Shown: piece by piece, positions 26,616 to 39,855 of the stretch
How the letters are laid out: each line of letters starts with the position of its first letter
Numbering within the stretch: the stretch's first letter is position 1
DNA from: Lophium mytilinum
Taxonomy: Eukaryota
NCBI GenBank assembly: GCA_010093605.1
Contig: MU004181.1
Location: 2,728,001 to 2,792,000, forward strand
Direction: 5' to 3'
Length of the DNA stretch: 64,000 nt
Made by a program: the position numbers and the translations under genes
The notes under the pieces: generated by a model
Seen by the model: the letters and a program-made list of their open reading frames with translations, nothing else
Told to the model about the DNA's origin: nothing
Database searches by the model: none

Positions 26616-27282
26616 GGGTGGGACTTAGAAGTCGTTGACTTAGGAGGGAATCTAAATCGAGTACGGGAAATTGGAGGCGGCGCTACTAACAGCCGTGGCC
26701 CACTACAGTGCATGATTTCGGTCAATTGTAGGTGGACGCAGTAGCACTAGTTCTTCTACTCCTCCCGGAGCCGGTCGACTGATGGCTCCAGTGGATGCGG
26801 TGGGAGTGAATAGAGAGGGGCAGCCCAGGACGGAAGGTCTCCCGAGCAAAGAAAACAGTGCTGATATAAATGACCATGTTTAGCAGTCAACTTGCGCCAC
26901 ACCAGGTCAGGTGTTTGCGTAATTTCAGAACGCCGTCGTTCTGAGCCAGAAGACAACTAAAGCTGGTTTGCCTAGGTAAAATGGGAGTGATTGAAGATGG
27001 GAGGCCTCGGACTTTCTCCTAAAGATCAACAATAGGACCATACTGCTTTGCCGCGCGTCTGTGTATATCGTTCTACCGCTGTTAGGCATGCGCTACTTGT
27101 CTCCAGAAGAGATTGACCAAAAACACAGATGGTGTGAAACATGTGTGAATTTGCTGGGCCACCTCAGACAACGTCGAAGAGGCACGTGGGCTGAACCCTG
27201 GGATTAATCGCTAAAACACCACCAACGCGTCCCTTCGCTCTGTTTACCAAACGACCACAATACTGCTTCAGCATTTAACAAC

Positions 27283-28676
27283 ATGTCGCGCCAGAGCATG
27301 GCCCCGCCTCGGAATCTGACTCTAACAGAGGAATTGGAGAAGCTGGAGCAGTCAATCACACTAACGTTGCAAGGTAGTACACGTCAATACGATTCATATA
27401 CCCCCACTAACCGTCTTCGCAGAAATCGACCAAAACTTCAGCCGCGCACATCGTATCGTAACGACGAGTATCCTCCCGATTGTTGAACAATACGCGAAGC
27501 ATTCTGAAGCGGTCTGGGAAGGTTCGAAGGTAAGCTCACCATTAGAGCACACCGGCTAGATCGATCTCTAAATGCTCCAATTGTCAGTTCTGGAAGCAAT
27601 TCTTCGAAGCCAGCGCCAACGTCTCTCTTTCTGGATACGAGGAGGCGGCTGCCGATGAGTCCATCAGTCATGACGAATCACAAGAGTCCCACGGTTACGA
27701 TGATCTCACTGCAGACGATACAGTGACGGGCGCAACCGCAACCCCTCCTAAAGCTTCCTCCGCACACACCGACGACGACGACGAGCTCGACACCTCTATC
27801 CTCTCCTCACCATCCCTCGCACATAACCATAGCACTCCGCGTGCACCCAGGACTGGTAAGAGACCACAAGCCAACCATGCGATACCTGGTACAACATTCG
27901 CGGATTATCCATCTCCGTACGAAGCGTTGAAACGCGAACTACATGGCGGCAGGACATCTCCAGGGCCGGACCCTACAACACCGGGGAAACCGCAAGGGCT
28001 ACCAGACATGAGCATGACTCCGGAATCGTCTCCCTTCGTGGCTCCCAATTCTCAGTTCAGAGGGAGTGGTGCACCCACGAACGAAGATCCCCTCTTTCAT
28101 CGAGTGCTGGACAAGACATACCGCATCGCTGCAACACCGCATACCGGCCGAAAGCAGCAAAAACCGTCTGTGGGGTTCACGCCCGGGACGGCTACCCGTG
28201 CGGCACCCTCGAAATGGGATGATTCTTCTCCACCAGATTCCCCGGCGCCTCAACTCCGCGCAGAAATATTCTCCTCGCCAATGAAGGCTCCCCGAACGCC
28301 AGGCGTGACCGTCCAGCGAACTCCAGCGCGTGGGCTAGGTAACTCTGTCAAGGCACAGAACACCACGACTACCCAGAAAGGCATGTGGGATAGTGAGAGC
28401 GATGAAGACGACGACGATTTGGGGTTCAGTCCTCCGAAAACAATGCAGTTCCACGTACCGCAGAGTCGACTTCTGCAAACACCTGGTAGGCAGTGCTATC
28501 CTATTAATGGTATATCAGCAAGCTAACGTGACTACGCAGCTCGTGAAGCCAGCAAGCGAATCGTGGAGGACCTGTTACTGACTGCTGGAGGAGACATAAC
28601 AGAAAGTTTCGAGGGCGAGGAGGAAGAGAGCCCAAGTGTGGTTCGCAGGAACCACGAGCTTGACGACAGCTTTTAG
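27283..28676 (+). CDS. ASK1: DASH/Dam1 kinetochore complex subunit Ask1, 4 exons
   Basis: Spliced N-terminus LEKLEQSITLTLQEIDQNFSRAHRIVTTSILP...SKFWKQFFEASANVSLSGYE. C-terminal SPPKTMQF and TPAREASKRIVEDLL. Confidence 0.92.
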
Positions 28677-29055
28677 CTACGCAGTGTGTAAAATGTAATC
28701 ATTTAGACAATGAGACTGTCAATCGCAGCTCATACGACAATGAAAATTAAAGAGGGTGGCACTGTTCGGTGTTTTTGTTGAAAATGACAAAGTCGTGCCT
28801 GCTCCTGTTATGCTGATACTAACGTTTAGGGCTGGACTTCTCTGCTTTCCTTCTCAGCACAGGAAATCTTTAGTCAATACGAGCGTTCATTTTGCTTCCT
28901 CTTATGGTTAGCAGCTAATGGTAGATGAGATGCATGCCAAGAAACGGGGGATAGCGCCGATCAGGCCGAGAGCTGGGAGCTTGAGCCTCCGTCATCTCGT
29001 GTGCTGGTCAAAAGACACGACATCTCTCGAAACCCTTTCCCTCGCCGCCATAGCC

Positions 29056-31437
29056 ATGCCTCGAAAACGCCCTCCCACATCTGGATACGCGAGAATTGCT
29101 CAGGCAGAAGAAGAAGAGGATGAAGACTATGAATCGGAGGAGGACGACTTCCACCAGGGCCAGAGCTCCCTATCCGCACCCCGATATGCTCCTCTCCAAC
29201 CAAAGCGGCAGACCCGCATGAAAATGTCCGGCCAGTCTTCTCCCACACTACGGAGAGGCGCTCCAGGGGATAAACGACCTAGGAGTAACTCGGGGGTTGA
29301 CATAAAGGCGATCAATGCGCGGCTCGAGCGATGGGCTGATGAGATTGCTCAAAAGTTCAAGATTCGGAAAACGAAGGGAAGGTCGCCAGAGGACGAACAG
29401 CTGGAGATACACCACTCAGTCTTTCAGGCGCCCGATTGGATTAGGCCTGCCACTGCCGAGACTCTCACTTTCGAATGGGCGGGCTCCGCAGACCGAAGAA
29501 CCAAATTGGAATTCGATGACGCTGTAGAAAGTGTCAGGGTAGCGATCGAGCTCGGGATGCATCCCAAAATGATCGCCCAAGGTAGTTCTGGGAGCTATTT
29601 CGCAAGGAATACGCATGGCAAAGTCGTGGGCGTCTTCAAACCTAAGGACGAGGAGCCCTACGCTTCGCGGAATCCGAAGTGGACCAAGTGGATCCACCGA
29701 AACTTGTTTCCTTGGTTCTTTGGGAGGGCCTGTCTTATTCCTAACCTCAGCTACATATCTGAGGCAGCTGCGTACGTCTTAGATACCCAACTCCGCACGA
29801 ATTTGGTCCCCTATACCGACATCGTCTCTCTCTCCTCAAAGTCCTTCTACTATGACTTCTGGGATCGAAGAGCGTATTACCGGAAAAAGAAGCCATTCCC
29901 CGAAAAGGTTGGGAGCTTTCAGGTGTTCTTAAAAGGGTTTAAAGACGCGAACATATTCTTGAAAGAGCATCCTTGGCCAGATTCTGGAGCCAGATCAAAC
30001 TCTGCGCCACGGCGTAAGAAGCGGCGATGGGCAGAGGAGTGCCGGCCTGGGGGCCCGCAATCTGACGACGAAGAGGATGACGAGAACGAAAGCCGACAAA
30101 ACACGACAGACGAATCACAAAGACGAAGTGTGTTCTGGACCGACGCCCTCCAACAGTCCTTCCGCGAGCAGCTGGAGAGGCTAGTGATATTGGACTACAT
30201 AATGCGAAACACTGATCGAGGACTCGACAACTGGATGATAAAGATTGATCACAAGACTCAAGAGGCAACAATCGTTGCAGAACCACCCAAGCTAAATGGC
30301 CAAACCGATGGTGGAGATGAACTGAATGACTACACCAAGCAGTCTCTGACAGATTCCGACCCATACAAACGCCAAGAGCCAATGACTGCCACCAGCCGAT
30401 CTGTGACGCCAATGGGGAATGCTCCGGTTCCTACCGTAACTATAGGAGCAATTGACAATAGCTTGTCATGGCCCTGGAAACACCCAGATGCTGTATGCTT
30501 TTATCACCATTATTGTCTTCAACTTACTGACCTCTTTTAGTGGCGGAGCTACCCTTTTGGCTGGCTGTTTCTTCCCGTGAGCCTCATAGGACAACCGTTC
30601 TCAGAAGCAACACGGAAACACTTCCTCCCACTGCTCACATCGAAGGAGTGGTGGAGTGACACCCAACTGGCACTACGCCGCTGTTTCACGCAAGATTCGG
30701 ACTTCAAAGAACGGATGTACGTAAAGCAGATTGCTGTCATGAAGGGCCAAGCCTGGAACGTCGTCGAGACCTTAAAGACGGCGGATCACGGACCGTTGGA
30801 GCTAACGCGAAGAGCTCGTGTGTGTGTCTGGGATGATCTGGTCGATGTGCCCATTGCGGTACCGCTCCGAGAACCTTCTGCAGAGATGCGGCGGCGTCAG
30901 CATCCCGATTATCATAGACCCAGCGCCGATCATGAAGAGATGGACATTAGTGCAGCACTCTCGACTCCACCACAGCAACCGCAGCCTGATCTTCTGATGG
31001 CGTCGCCGCCCTTGGATTCAGCGAATGGCAACCCGTTCAACATCTCGCGAGAGTCGAGTTCGGTAGACGTTCGAGCAAGTGAGGATAGCTTACGAGGTGC
31101 ATTATCACCAGCCACGGTACATGCTGCTTCCTGGCACACACCAGCGGCGGACACGTTACCAGCGTCCATGGGAAGCAACAGACCTAATCATAATGTTCGC
31201 AAGAGCTATGACGAATCTCGCACCTGGCGCCGGCATCGAGAGCGACCAGAGGTCAGGCAGAGACGACTCTCCTTGTCCACCAGGCATAGCAAAAACCCTA
31301 CTCTTATTGGCGACGATGATTTGGAGGGCGATCTTGGGTACGCGGCGAACGAGGACATGGAGGGAAACCGGAAGTGTGTCATTGTAGAGCGGCTGGAGAT
31401 GGTCAAGAGTAAGAATCCAGTTTTCACGTGGTGCTAA
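29056..31437 (+). CDS. LSB6: Type II phosphatidylinositol 4-kinase, 2 exons (intron 30493-30540)
   Basis: QGSSGSYF, VFKPKDEEPY, NPKWTKW, LDYIMRNTDRGLDNW, AIDNSL and KHPDAWRSYPFGW. Ends PVFTWC. Confidence 0.94.
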
Positions 31438-32098
31438 ATAGACCAATGAAGCCCAATTGTGAGCTTCTTGTTTGGCTTCTTGTTTGACTGAGTTTGGCGG
31501 CATGGCATATATGTGGGCATCTAGGAGGCGTTGTGCGGCTGCTCAGCGATTTACACGGGCCTGTAAAATAGAATCATCGCAGCGTTCGCGGCCAACGATG
31601 TAAGAAAACTTTGTATAGAAGCATCAATACATGAAGGCCTCGCAGCTAGCAACACTTCGTGTCGGGAATGATAGCTCCTTGACTCACTGCCGCGCGATAT
31701 CAGAGTCGACCTCAGGTGACATGGATGACGATCGCAAGCCACGTGCCAAGACCGCCCTACGCCACCCGGCGGCAAGCGGACAGCCCTACAGAAACTCCAG
31801 ATAGACCTCACCTCGAGGACCACCCCCGCCACTTTACTCGAACACTAGCTATTTAATCAAGAAAGGTCTTGAAACAGCTGCCAGTCCTTCGAGTTCAGCA
31901 ACCTTATATATATCCGTACCCTGCCTTCGCACCCAACCTTTCGAAACCTAGGCGCGACCTGGTAGATAAAACTCGGCACGTTGCTTCAGCAACCTTAATT
32001 GATGCCTTCACAACCACGGTGGTCAGCAGTAACAGCACCCTCACTGCCGTAACTGTCGCTCTTTAGCTTCAGGGGTTTCTCACCGGACGAGACTTCGC

Positions 32099-35000
32099 AT
32101 GATGGATCCACCGCCCTCCGCCGCGCAGCTTCTCAATCCGAAGGCCTTCAAGAAGGCAACCGGTACTGCCCATTCTCTTTCACCTTCTCCGTCTCCTACC
32201 TCCTCTCTTTCCTTGGACCACTCCCCTTCCGCTTTCCAGCACTCTTCATCACAGTCAGAAATGGACGCCGCCTCGCAAGATCCAATGCAGGTCGACTCGC
32301 AAGATGACTCAACGCCTCGACCATATATTTTCTCTCGAAACACCATCTCCCCGCTGTCTCAGGAAGTACTTGGTGAACTAACATCACATAATGAAGCCCA
32401 GACCCAGCGGTCAAACAGCGCAAATGGAGTCGCTGCGTCACAGGCCTACAGTCCGCAGATGCTGCTCAACCCAAGAGACACCCAGAGGCTGCCTGTGAGA
32501 GAGCAGGCCCAAAACTACAGAGACTCACCTGCAAACGGTATGACTTCTTTCATTGAGCGCATGCACAATGTCGAAGATCGCTCCGCACACCCGTCAAAAC
32601 GCGTGAAGCGAGAGCACGACGAGCGAAAGACGTCTCACTCAGCCGGACACGGCTCCGGGGGCGTGCTCGACTTGCAGGGAAGCCGAACGCCAGAAGATAT
32701 GCCGCCACAGGCTCGAGGGCCCCCTGCCGTTGTAGACTTGACCCTTGGTATGTTGCCTGCTTTCCTATGGCTTCTCCTAGAGTTTAGTTCGCATAGCTAA
32801 CAACCTTTCAGACGATGACGAAGATGACGAGGTTGTTTTCGTCAAAGATCTGGGTGATGAGATTGTCTGTGTTGGCAAAATCAAGCTTGCATATGTCCAA
32901 GCATCGCAAGTCCCTAAGCAAAAGGTCGGAGGTTACGCAGGTTCTTCGACTTGGCAGCCGCGCCTGAAAATATCCCTCCGACGGCGAGCCGGCCAGAACA
33001 ATACTGCTATTGGAGCGATAGACCCAACTGGTACGCAGTATGGCTGGATCGATAGGAAGACTGCCGCTGGACTTGCACCCCTGATGGACAGTGAACCGAC
33101 AAGCAAGCTGAAGTGGATCGCCGTAACCGAAGCTGTCAAGCGCAAAGAACCGCCTGGTGCAATTATCTCTGGACTTCTGCCAATAATTATCCAACTCTAC
33201 TGTCCAAGGAAGAATGCAAGTCATGTGGGCAGATTCCTTAGGGGCCACAACATCCTTCTCGACGCCCCGAGTCACGAACCCCACAAATTCCCCTATGTCA
33301 ATCCTCAGCAAATGAAGGTTCCCCTGGTCAGCAACTCGATCGCTTATCAGCCTTCTGGCGCGAGTCAAACTTCACAGCAACCCAACAGCTACATCAACCG
33401 TAGCGTCGAGGAAGTGCGAAACGACGTACAAACAATGTTCAACAGCATTACTAAGACAGAAGATATACCTCTCAAAGAACAAGACCCAGCGGTCCTTACT
33501 CCTCTGCTGGGTCATCAGAAACAGGCTCTCTACTTCATGAGCGAGAGGGAACGTGCTTACAGCGGAGACGACGAGGAGGACCAAAAAGACGCGATGTATC
33601 AGCTGAAATACCGGGACAATGGTCGCAAATATTACCTGAATGTTATCACCGGACAAGAGACCCAGTCCAAGCCCGATCCCGTTCTAGGTGGCATACTCGC
33701 CGATGAGATGGGCCTAGGCAAGACTCTGAGCATTCTCTCCCTCATAGCGCAGTCCGAAAGTCGTCAAGAGGCCAATCAATTCGCTAGGCAAGCCATTGAC
33801 AGGCAGAACGAGCAACAGACCCTGGTCAGGAATTGCAAAGCAACCTTGCTCGTGTGCCCAGTCAGCACGATTGCCAACTGGGAGGACCAGATTAATACCC
33901 ACGTCGCCAAGAAAATCCTCCGGACATACATCTACCATGGATCTGGCAGAACTCAGGACATCGATGACCTCGCCAAGTACGATCTAGTGCTCACAACCTA
34001 TAGTACGATTGCTGCGGAGTATATGCGCGGAAAGGCTCTCGAAAAAATAAACTGGTTCCGCATTGTCCTTGATGAAGCACACAGCATTCGTACTCAAACT
34101 ACTCGGCAGTCTATCGCAATCTGTGGACTTTCAGCTGCGCGTCGGTGGGCAGTAACCGGCACGCCGGTGCAGAATCGACTCGATGATTTGGGTGCTTTGC
34201 TTAAATTTCTTCGCATCAAGCCGTTCGATCACAAACATGGCTTCACTCAATGGATCTTGAATCCTTTCAAGAATGCAGACCCAGATGTGCTACCGAAGCT
34301 CCGTCTCCTAGTCGATAATATCACGATCCGTCGCCTTAAGGAAGGACTCGTGGATTTACCCCCTCGTCACGATCATATCGTCAAGCTGCAGTTTTCGCCA
34401 GACGAGCGGACTTTGCACGACTGGTTCGAAAAGGACTCTGCTCGCCAAGTGAACGCGGTTACGACTATGCGCGCCGAACAGAAAGGTCTAGGAGGTTCCG
34501 CATATGCTCGCATCCTTCTTGCAATTCTCAACCTCCGTCTGATCTGTGCGCATGGACAAGAGCTATTGAGCGACGAAGCTATGAAATCATTGGAAGGGAT
34601 TAGCTACGAAAACTCCATCGATCTAGGAGAAGACGACGAGGAAGTAGAAAAGCCCTCGCTCTCTGCTAAACAGGCCTACGATTTCATGCATCTGTTACAA
34701 GAAAGCGACAGCGTCAATTGCCAGATCTGCGATTGCAAGCTGAATGAACCGGATGAAGAGGATAGGAACGGCAATGCGAAGAACACGCTTGGCTTTATGA
34801 ATCCTTGCTACCACGTCATCTGTACTAGCTGTGTCGGCGCGTTCCGCCAGAAGCTCGAGTCGATCGCTACACCAGATGGCTTCTGCCATTGTCCCTTGTG
34901 CGAGCAACATGTTCGCATAGGGCTGTTCGAACTGAAGCAGAAGGATTGGGACACTCACGAGGAAGCACTAGAACGTGTGAAGGAGAATCCTAGGCTGGCG

Positions 35001-35629
35001 AAGAAGATGGGCAGATACATTGGACCACACACGAAAACCAAAGCGCTACTAGAGGAGCTAAAGAAGGACCAAGAGTGGAGCGAGGCTCACCCCAACGAGC
35101 CGCCTCTCAAGAGGTAATTTATTTTGACTTATTCATGTTCCAGCTACCCTTGTACTAACTTCTTAACAGTGTCATCTTCTCCTCCTGGACCACTCATCTA
35201 GACCTGATCCAAATCGCCCTCGAAAACCACGGCTTCCACTACACCCGCCTCGACGGCCGCATGAACCGCCCAGCTCGCGGCGTCGCACTTAAAACCTTCG
35301 CCACCGACCCCGAAGTCCCCATCATGCTCGTCTCCATCGCCGCGGGTGGGCTCGGTCTGAACCTTACCACCGCCAACAAAGTCTACGTGATGGAGCCACA
35401 GTTCAACCCGGCCGCCGAGGCGCAGGCCGTCGATCGCGTCCACCGGCTCGGCCAGAAGCGCGAGGTCTTCATCACGCGCTACATCATGGACAACTCATTC
35501 GAGGAGAAGATGCTGGAGCTGCAGCGCAAGAAGCGGGATCTAGCGGATCTGAGCATGGGCAGAGAGAAAATCACAAAAGCGGAGGCCGCGCGGAGGAGGC
35601 TGGAGGACTTGCGGAGCTTGTTCCGCTGA
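32099..35629 (+). CDS. SNF2-family helicase with RING finger (Rad5/HLTF-like), 3 exons
   Basis: GGILADEMGLGKT, LDEAH, TGTPVQN, RING-like CQIC...PCYHVICTSC...CPLC, and C-terminal GLGLNLT and QAVDRVHRLGQ. Possible HIRAN-like region N-terminally. Confidence 0.92.
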
Positions 35630-36895
35630 TTGAGGAATGCGAGCATGCTAGCTTCACGGCCCTTTTCATTACGACAACGGAGCATGGGTATAGAGGCGCC
35701 GCTGGTAAGCAGCCCAGGGAGGTGCTATTGCTATGGCGACGAGGGTAAGGCGTCTTAGACGGGCTTTTCTTCTCTTCTAATTTTTTCTTTCGGGTTGCAT
35801 GCCTCTATTGCTTTGCAGGCCCCGCATTATGGCTGCGGGCGCTGCGGGTTTTGGGGGGTTATTCTTTTGGTTTGGGGTTTTCTTTCGATGGTTTTCTGAG
35901 GGCTCGGCATCTGCATCTGCATTTCGGTATTCTTATGGCTAGCTTTTATGGGCCAGCATCTTTCGGAGTCACTACGGGCGATAATTGGTGAACAGATACC
36001 CCGAGATGAGATGATGAGGTAGTTCCTAATAGTCAATGGCATGCCCCTTTCAGGTTAAGACGCGTGGACGAAACGTCTTTGGTCGGTGAAGAAGATACTC
36101 GATAAGGTGCCTTCGTTGCACGATCACAGCAGAAGCACTGTTACAGATGACAAGGTTTCCACACACTTCAACTCATAATCTTTCAACCTCTTCATCCATT
36201 CCCACTACCTAAACGCATCCATAAAGGACACTTTTTTTCGACCTCGGTGCGTGCACAGCCCCGCACCTCCTCCTTCCCTCAATCCGGATGGAAAACTTCC
36301 AGTCTATCCATACAATCCTCCACCCATCAAAAAAACTCATCATGGCGGCCATTCCCAGGCCCCAAGCTAAGCCAACCCGTACCACTCTTTGGTTTGGTAT
36401 CGCAAGAATCACCATTTTCCGCCGTTCATTCAATCCAGAGCTTAGAAACAAGGATAAAAGGGACTCCATCGCACTCCGATCCAGCCTAGGAAAACACAAA
36501 AAAAAGTTGATTAGGTAAAGTCGTAGGGTTGGAAGAGATTCAGACATTAAAGCTCAGGAAGAGCAAGGTGGGTGGGAGAGCTTTTTTGGGCGCGGCTGAC
36601 GCTGAGGAGGGTGTCTATGTGGGTAGGTAGGTGCACCGTTCGTGTTGGCCTGGGAAACGAAAAATAGTGATCAAGGGGGTTCAGTCGAAATGGAGCATCG
36701 CGGCTCCCAAGCACCGGCCGTGGGCGGTGGGTTGAAATAGAGAAAGGGAAAGGCCTATAGCATGGGTGTCCGAGAAGCGGGAAAAAGGCAGGTAGGAAAC
36801 ATCCAGTTCCAGCAGTGTCGTGAAATGTTATCGTTAAGAAAAGAGAAAGGGGCGTGTGAAAGATTAGGGCAGAGTGGCCCCGTCAGCACGACCAC

Positions 36896-38483
36896 CTACT
36901 CGGCCGTCGAGCTGAAAGGCGTGCTCGCGCGACTTTCGTCTATAATGTCGTTGAGTCGTATCTTCTTGTGTCGAGGCCCCTCGGTCTCTAGGTCGTCTAG
37001 CTTCCGCTTGAGCTCGGCTTCTCGTTGTCGCGTGTCCTCGAGCTCCGCCCGGAGATGCGCCTCGGTGTCCCGCGCTAGGTTCTCGTTGTCGCGCGCGTTT
37101 TGTTCGCTCTGTTCGAGCTCGTTGACGCGTCCTCGAAAGAGGCCGTTGATCACCTCGAGCTCGCTGACACGTGTCTTGAGCGACGTATTTTGTGCAGCGA
37201 GGGCTTCGTAGGAAAGAGGCGGTTCGAGATGCGAGCCGTTTACGGAAGAGGTGGACCCCGGAGAGGGCTGGCGGATATGGAAGGATGGCAGCGACGGAGA
37301 GTGGTAGACATCGCCGTGGATGACACCATCAAACATGTGCTGGGGGGCAATGTTGGACGGGTGCTGTAGGCCCGGGGTGCCTGTGCGCGAGATGGGCGAA
37401 TTGGAGCGCTCCGAAGTGCCCGACGAGATCTTTTGCGACTGCCGTCGATGTTGGGTCAGGGCGGAGAGCGGGTCGGCGTCGGGGTGGGCAGCTGGGAGGC
37501 CATTGGCGTCGGTCGATTTGTTCTTTCGGGGGCCTTGGCCGGCCGTCTTGACGCGGTTGCGACTCTTAATAACATCGGTCTTGAGGCTGATGGGTCGAGG
37601 GCGGCCGTGAAGCTTCAGGAAGAGACCACAGGCGTTGCATAGAACAGAGCCCGTTTCGTCGCGGCGCCAGAGCGGGGTGGTGCTCGTGGTGCAGTTCTGG
37701 CAGACAGGCTGACGGCAGTGTTAGTGGGTGGTATAAATGCTGTGAAGGGCCCCAAACAGCATCAAACGAAGGTCAAAGACGGCTTTCGTGCTGTTGATCC
37801 GGGGTTGAGATGAGGGAGGGTTATCGCGATCCGATAAGGACATGCGTGAAGATTTCTTGCGATCATCGGCCCGTGTGCGACTCACGAAAACACGAAAACT
37901 CTTGCACTTACCGGTGAGTTGGCCTGGCCGCCCGAGGTGGCTGGAGCTGAGGTTGCGTAGGTCATGCTGTGTCCATTGAAGGGCCTGCGAGAAGGAGGAA
38001 GTTAGACACAATTTGCGAAAAAGATAACGCACTTGCGCAGCCATGCAGCCCGCCCGCGGTAGGGCTAGGGGCGACCACAACCACCCCAGCTGCACTGCAC
38101 TAATAAATAAAAAGATGCCGCGCGCCGAATCAACAAATCAACAAATCAACACGCCCGAATTGCTCGCAAACGCACCTGTGGGGGGGAGTATTGCTGTCCG
38201 CATTGCCAACATTGCCCGCCGCCGGGCTCGACGACGCGATGGACGCCAGGGCGGACAGGCCGGGCAGCTGCAGCGACGAGTTGCTGCCCTGCCGCTGGAG
38301 AGTGTATTGCTGGCCCGAGGCCTGTGTCGACGTCGACGACGGGCGCGAGATGTCGTGGCCGATGGACGGCAGCGAGGGCCTCTCGTCGAGTGTCTGCGCC
38401 GTTGTGAAGGCGGGCAGGTCGAGACCTGGCGAGTGGCGGAACGTGTCGAGGGCCGCCGGCCGTGGGAGCAGAGCGGACGCCGT
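36896..38483 (-). CDS. areB: GATA factor AreB/ASD4 (zinc finger + C-terminal leucine zipper); exons 38483(?)-38176, 37984-37912, 37708-36896; first in-frame ATG is 37965
   Basis: [50 protein letters not shown] and zipper [23 protein letters not shown]. The 5' end is inferred (see findings). Confidence 0.9.
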
Positions 38484-39855
38484 GATCGAGGGAGGGCGAG
38501 GACGCTGCGGACGCGTGCCTCGAGGTATTAGGAGAGTTGGATGCTCGCTGGAGCTGCGGCCGCGAGCTCGAAGAGCGGGAACGGTGGGCGATGTGGGCGT
38601 CGACGCGAATTAACGGGGCGTGTCCGTGGTACCTAGGTATTGCCAAAAGAGCGAGGGCGTGGTGAAGGAGTGACGGTGGGTGGTAAAGAGCGACAGGCAG
38701 CTAGGACGGCCGATTATTGTGCAGAAGGCGGGCAAAAGAGCGTGCGGGAGCTGGAAAGCTGGACTGGAGCTGGAGGTTGCTGAACCGCCGGGCACGGTTT
38801 TGGAATTGGTACTTGGTCGGTGGCATAAGGGGGGATCCTGCAGCCATGCCAGGGATGAGCGGGCACTATTCACCGAGCTTAATCTGCCATGCCAAGTGGA
38901 GATGGCCCTCGATGCCCCCGATGCCCTCCAGATGGCCCCTCTCCGCCCGCTGCCTTTAGAGTCCGCTGGTTTTGCGTGGGTGTACCGCGCCGCCACCAGC
39001 CTCTCCCTTGATATCTCCGGGGCTGCATCGGGCGAGCAAGACACATCGAAACCTGTGAACCACCTGAACGACTTGAGCCACCTGCCGCCGATGGATCAAC
39101 GTCTGCCCGGCGCCATGCAGGGCTGACGGGTGGCCCCCCGTTCTCACGAGCTGATCCCATTTGGTGCAGTGTATCTCCGGGGGCGTCTGCTAGTTCGGCG
39201 CCTCTATCGATCCCCAGCATTCAGGGGAAAACGGCTGCCAAGCCCTCTCACGTCACGTGCGGCACATCCCGACGCCCCCTCTTCTTCTGAAGTACAAAGG
39301 GCTGCTGCATGAACCTTTGGGACGAGACTCTGTATACTGGCGGCGTTTGGGTTCGAATGATTTCAACAGGTGATGGCGTAGTGTTGTAGATATATCGGGA
39401 CGAAAATGTCGGAGCTATTGCAAGGAACATTATGTTATAAGCTATCTACTATCCCAATCGGCCGCATTGAGCTCTAAACATATTGGCCTTGGGGATGCCC
39501 CTGTGCATGCCTCGTGATCGTCCGCATCTGTTGCTATCCAATTTGCGATCTCAAATTACAAACACTTCTGAACCTGAAGTGCCCCTGAAGGTGTTGTCAA
39601 GCTGTACATACCCAGCTTCTGTACTTTTTGATAGGCACGTCAAGAAGGCGCAGACAGTAAATTGGAGCAGGAATGAGTGAACCAATCTCCAATCACAGGA
39701 CCTCTTGCCGCTGGAACTCCTTCCTGATCTGGTAAGCACATCTAATCCGTCACGTGATGCAAGGTACGTAACGGTATTTGGCTTCACGGTTCACGCCTTT
39801 CGTGACCACCAGCCCTGGCATGTCCATAATACGCTTGCAATCTAATGCTCATAGC

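Noticed and set aside
27225..27247. ACGCGT (MCB) and TGTTTAC (forkhead) motifs upstream of ASK1
   Set aside because: Plausible for a mitotic gene, but single short motifs cannot be supported without conservation data.
38043..39220. Overlapping GC-rich ORFs on both strands upstream of areB as separate genes
   Set aside because: No recognisable motifs. They are shadows of the GC-rich areB exon and promoter.
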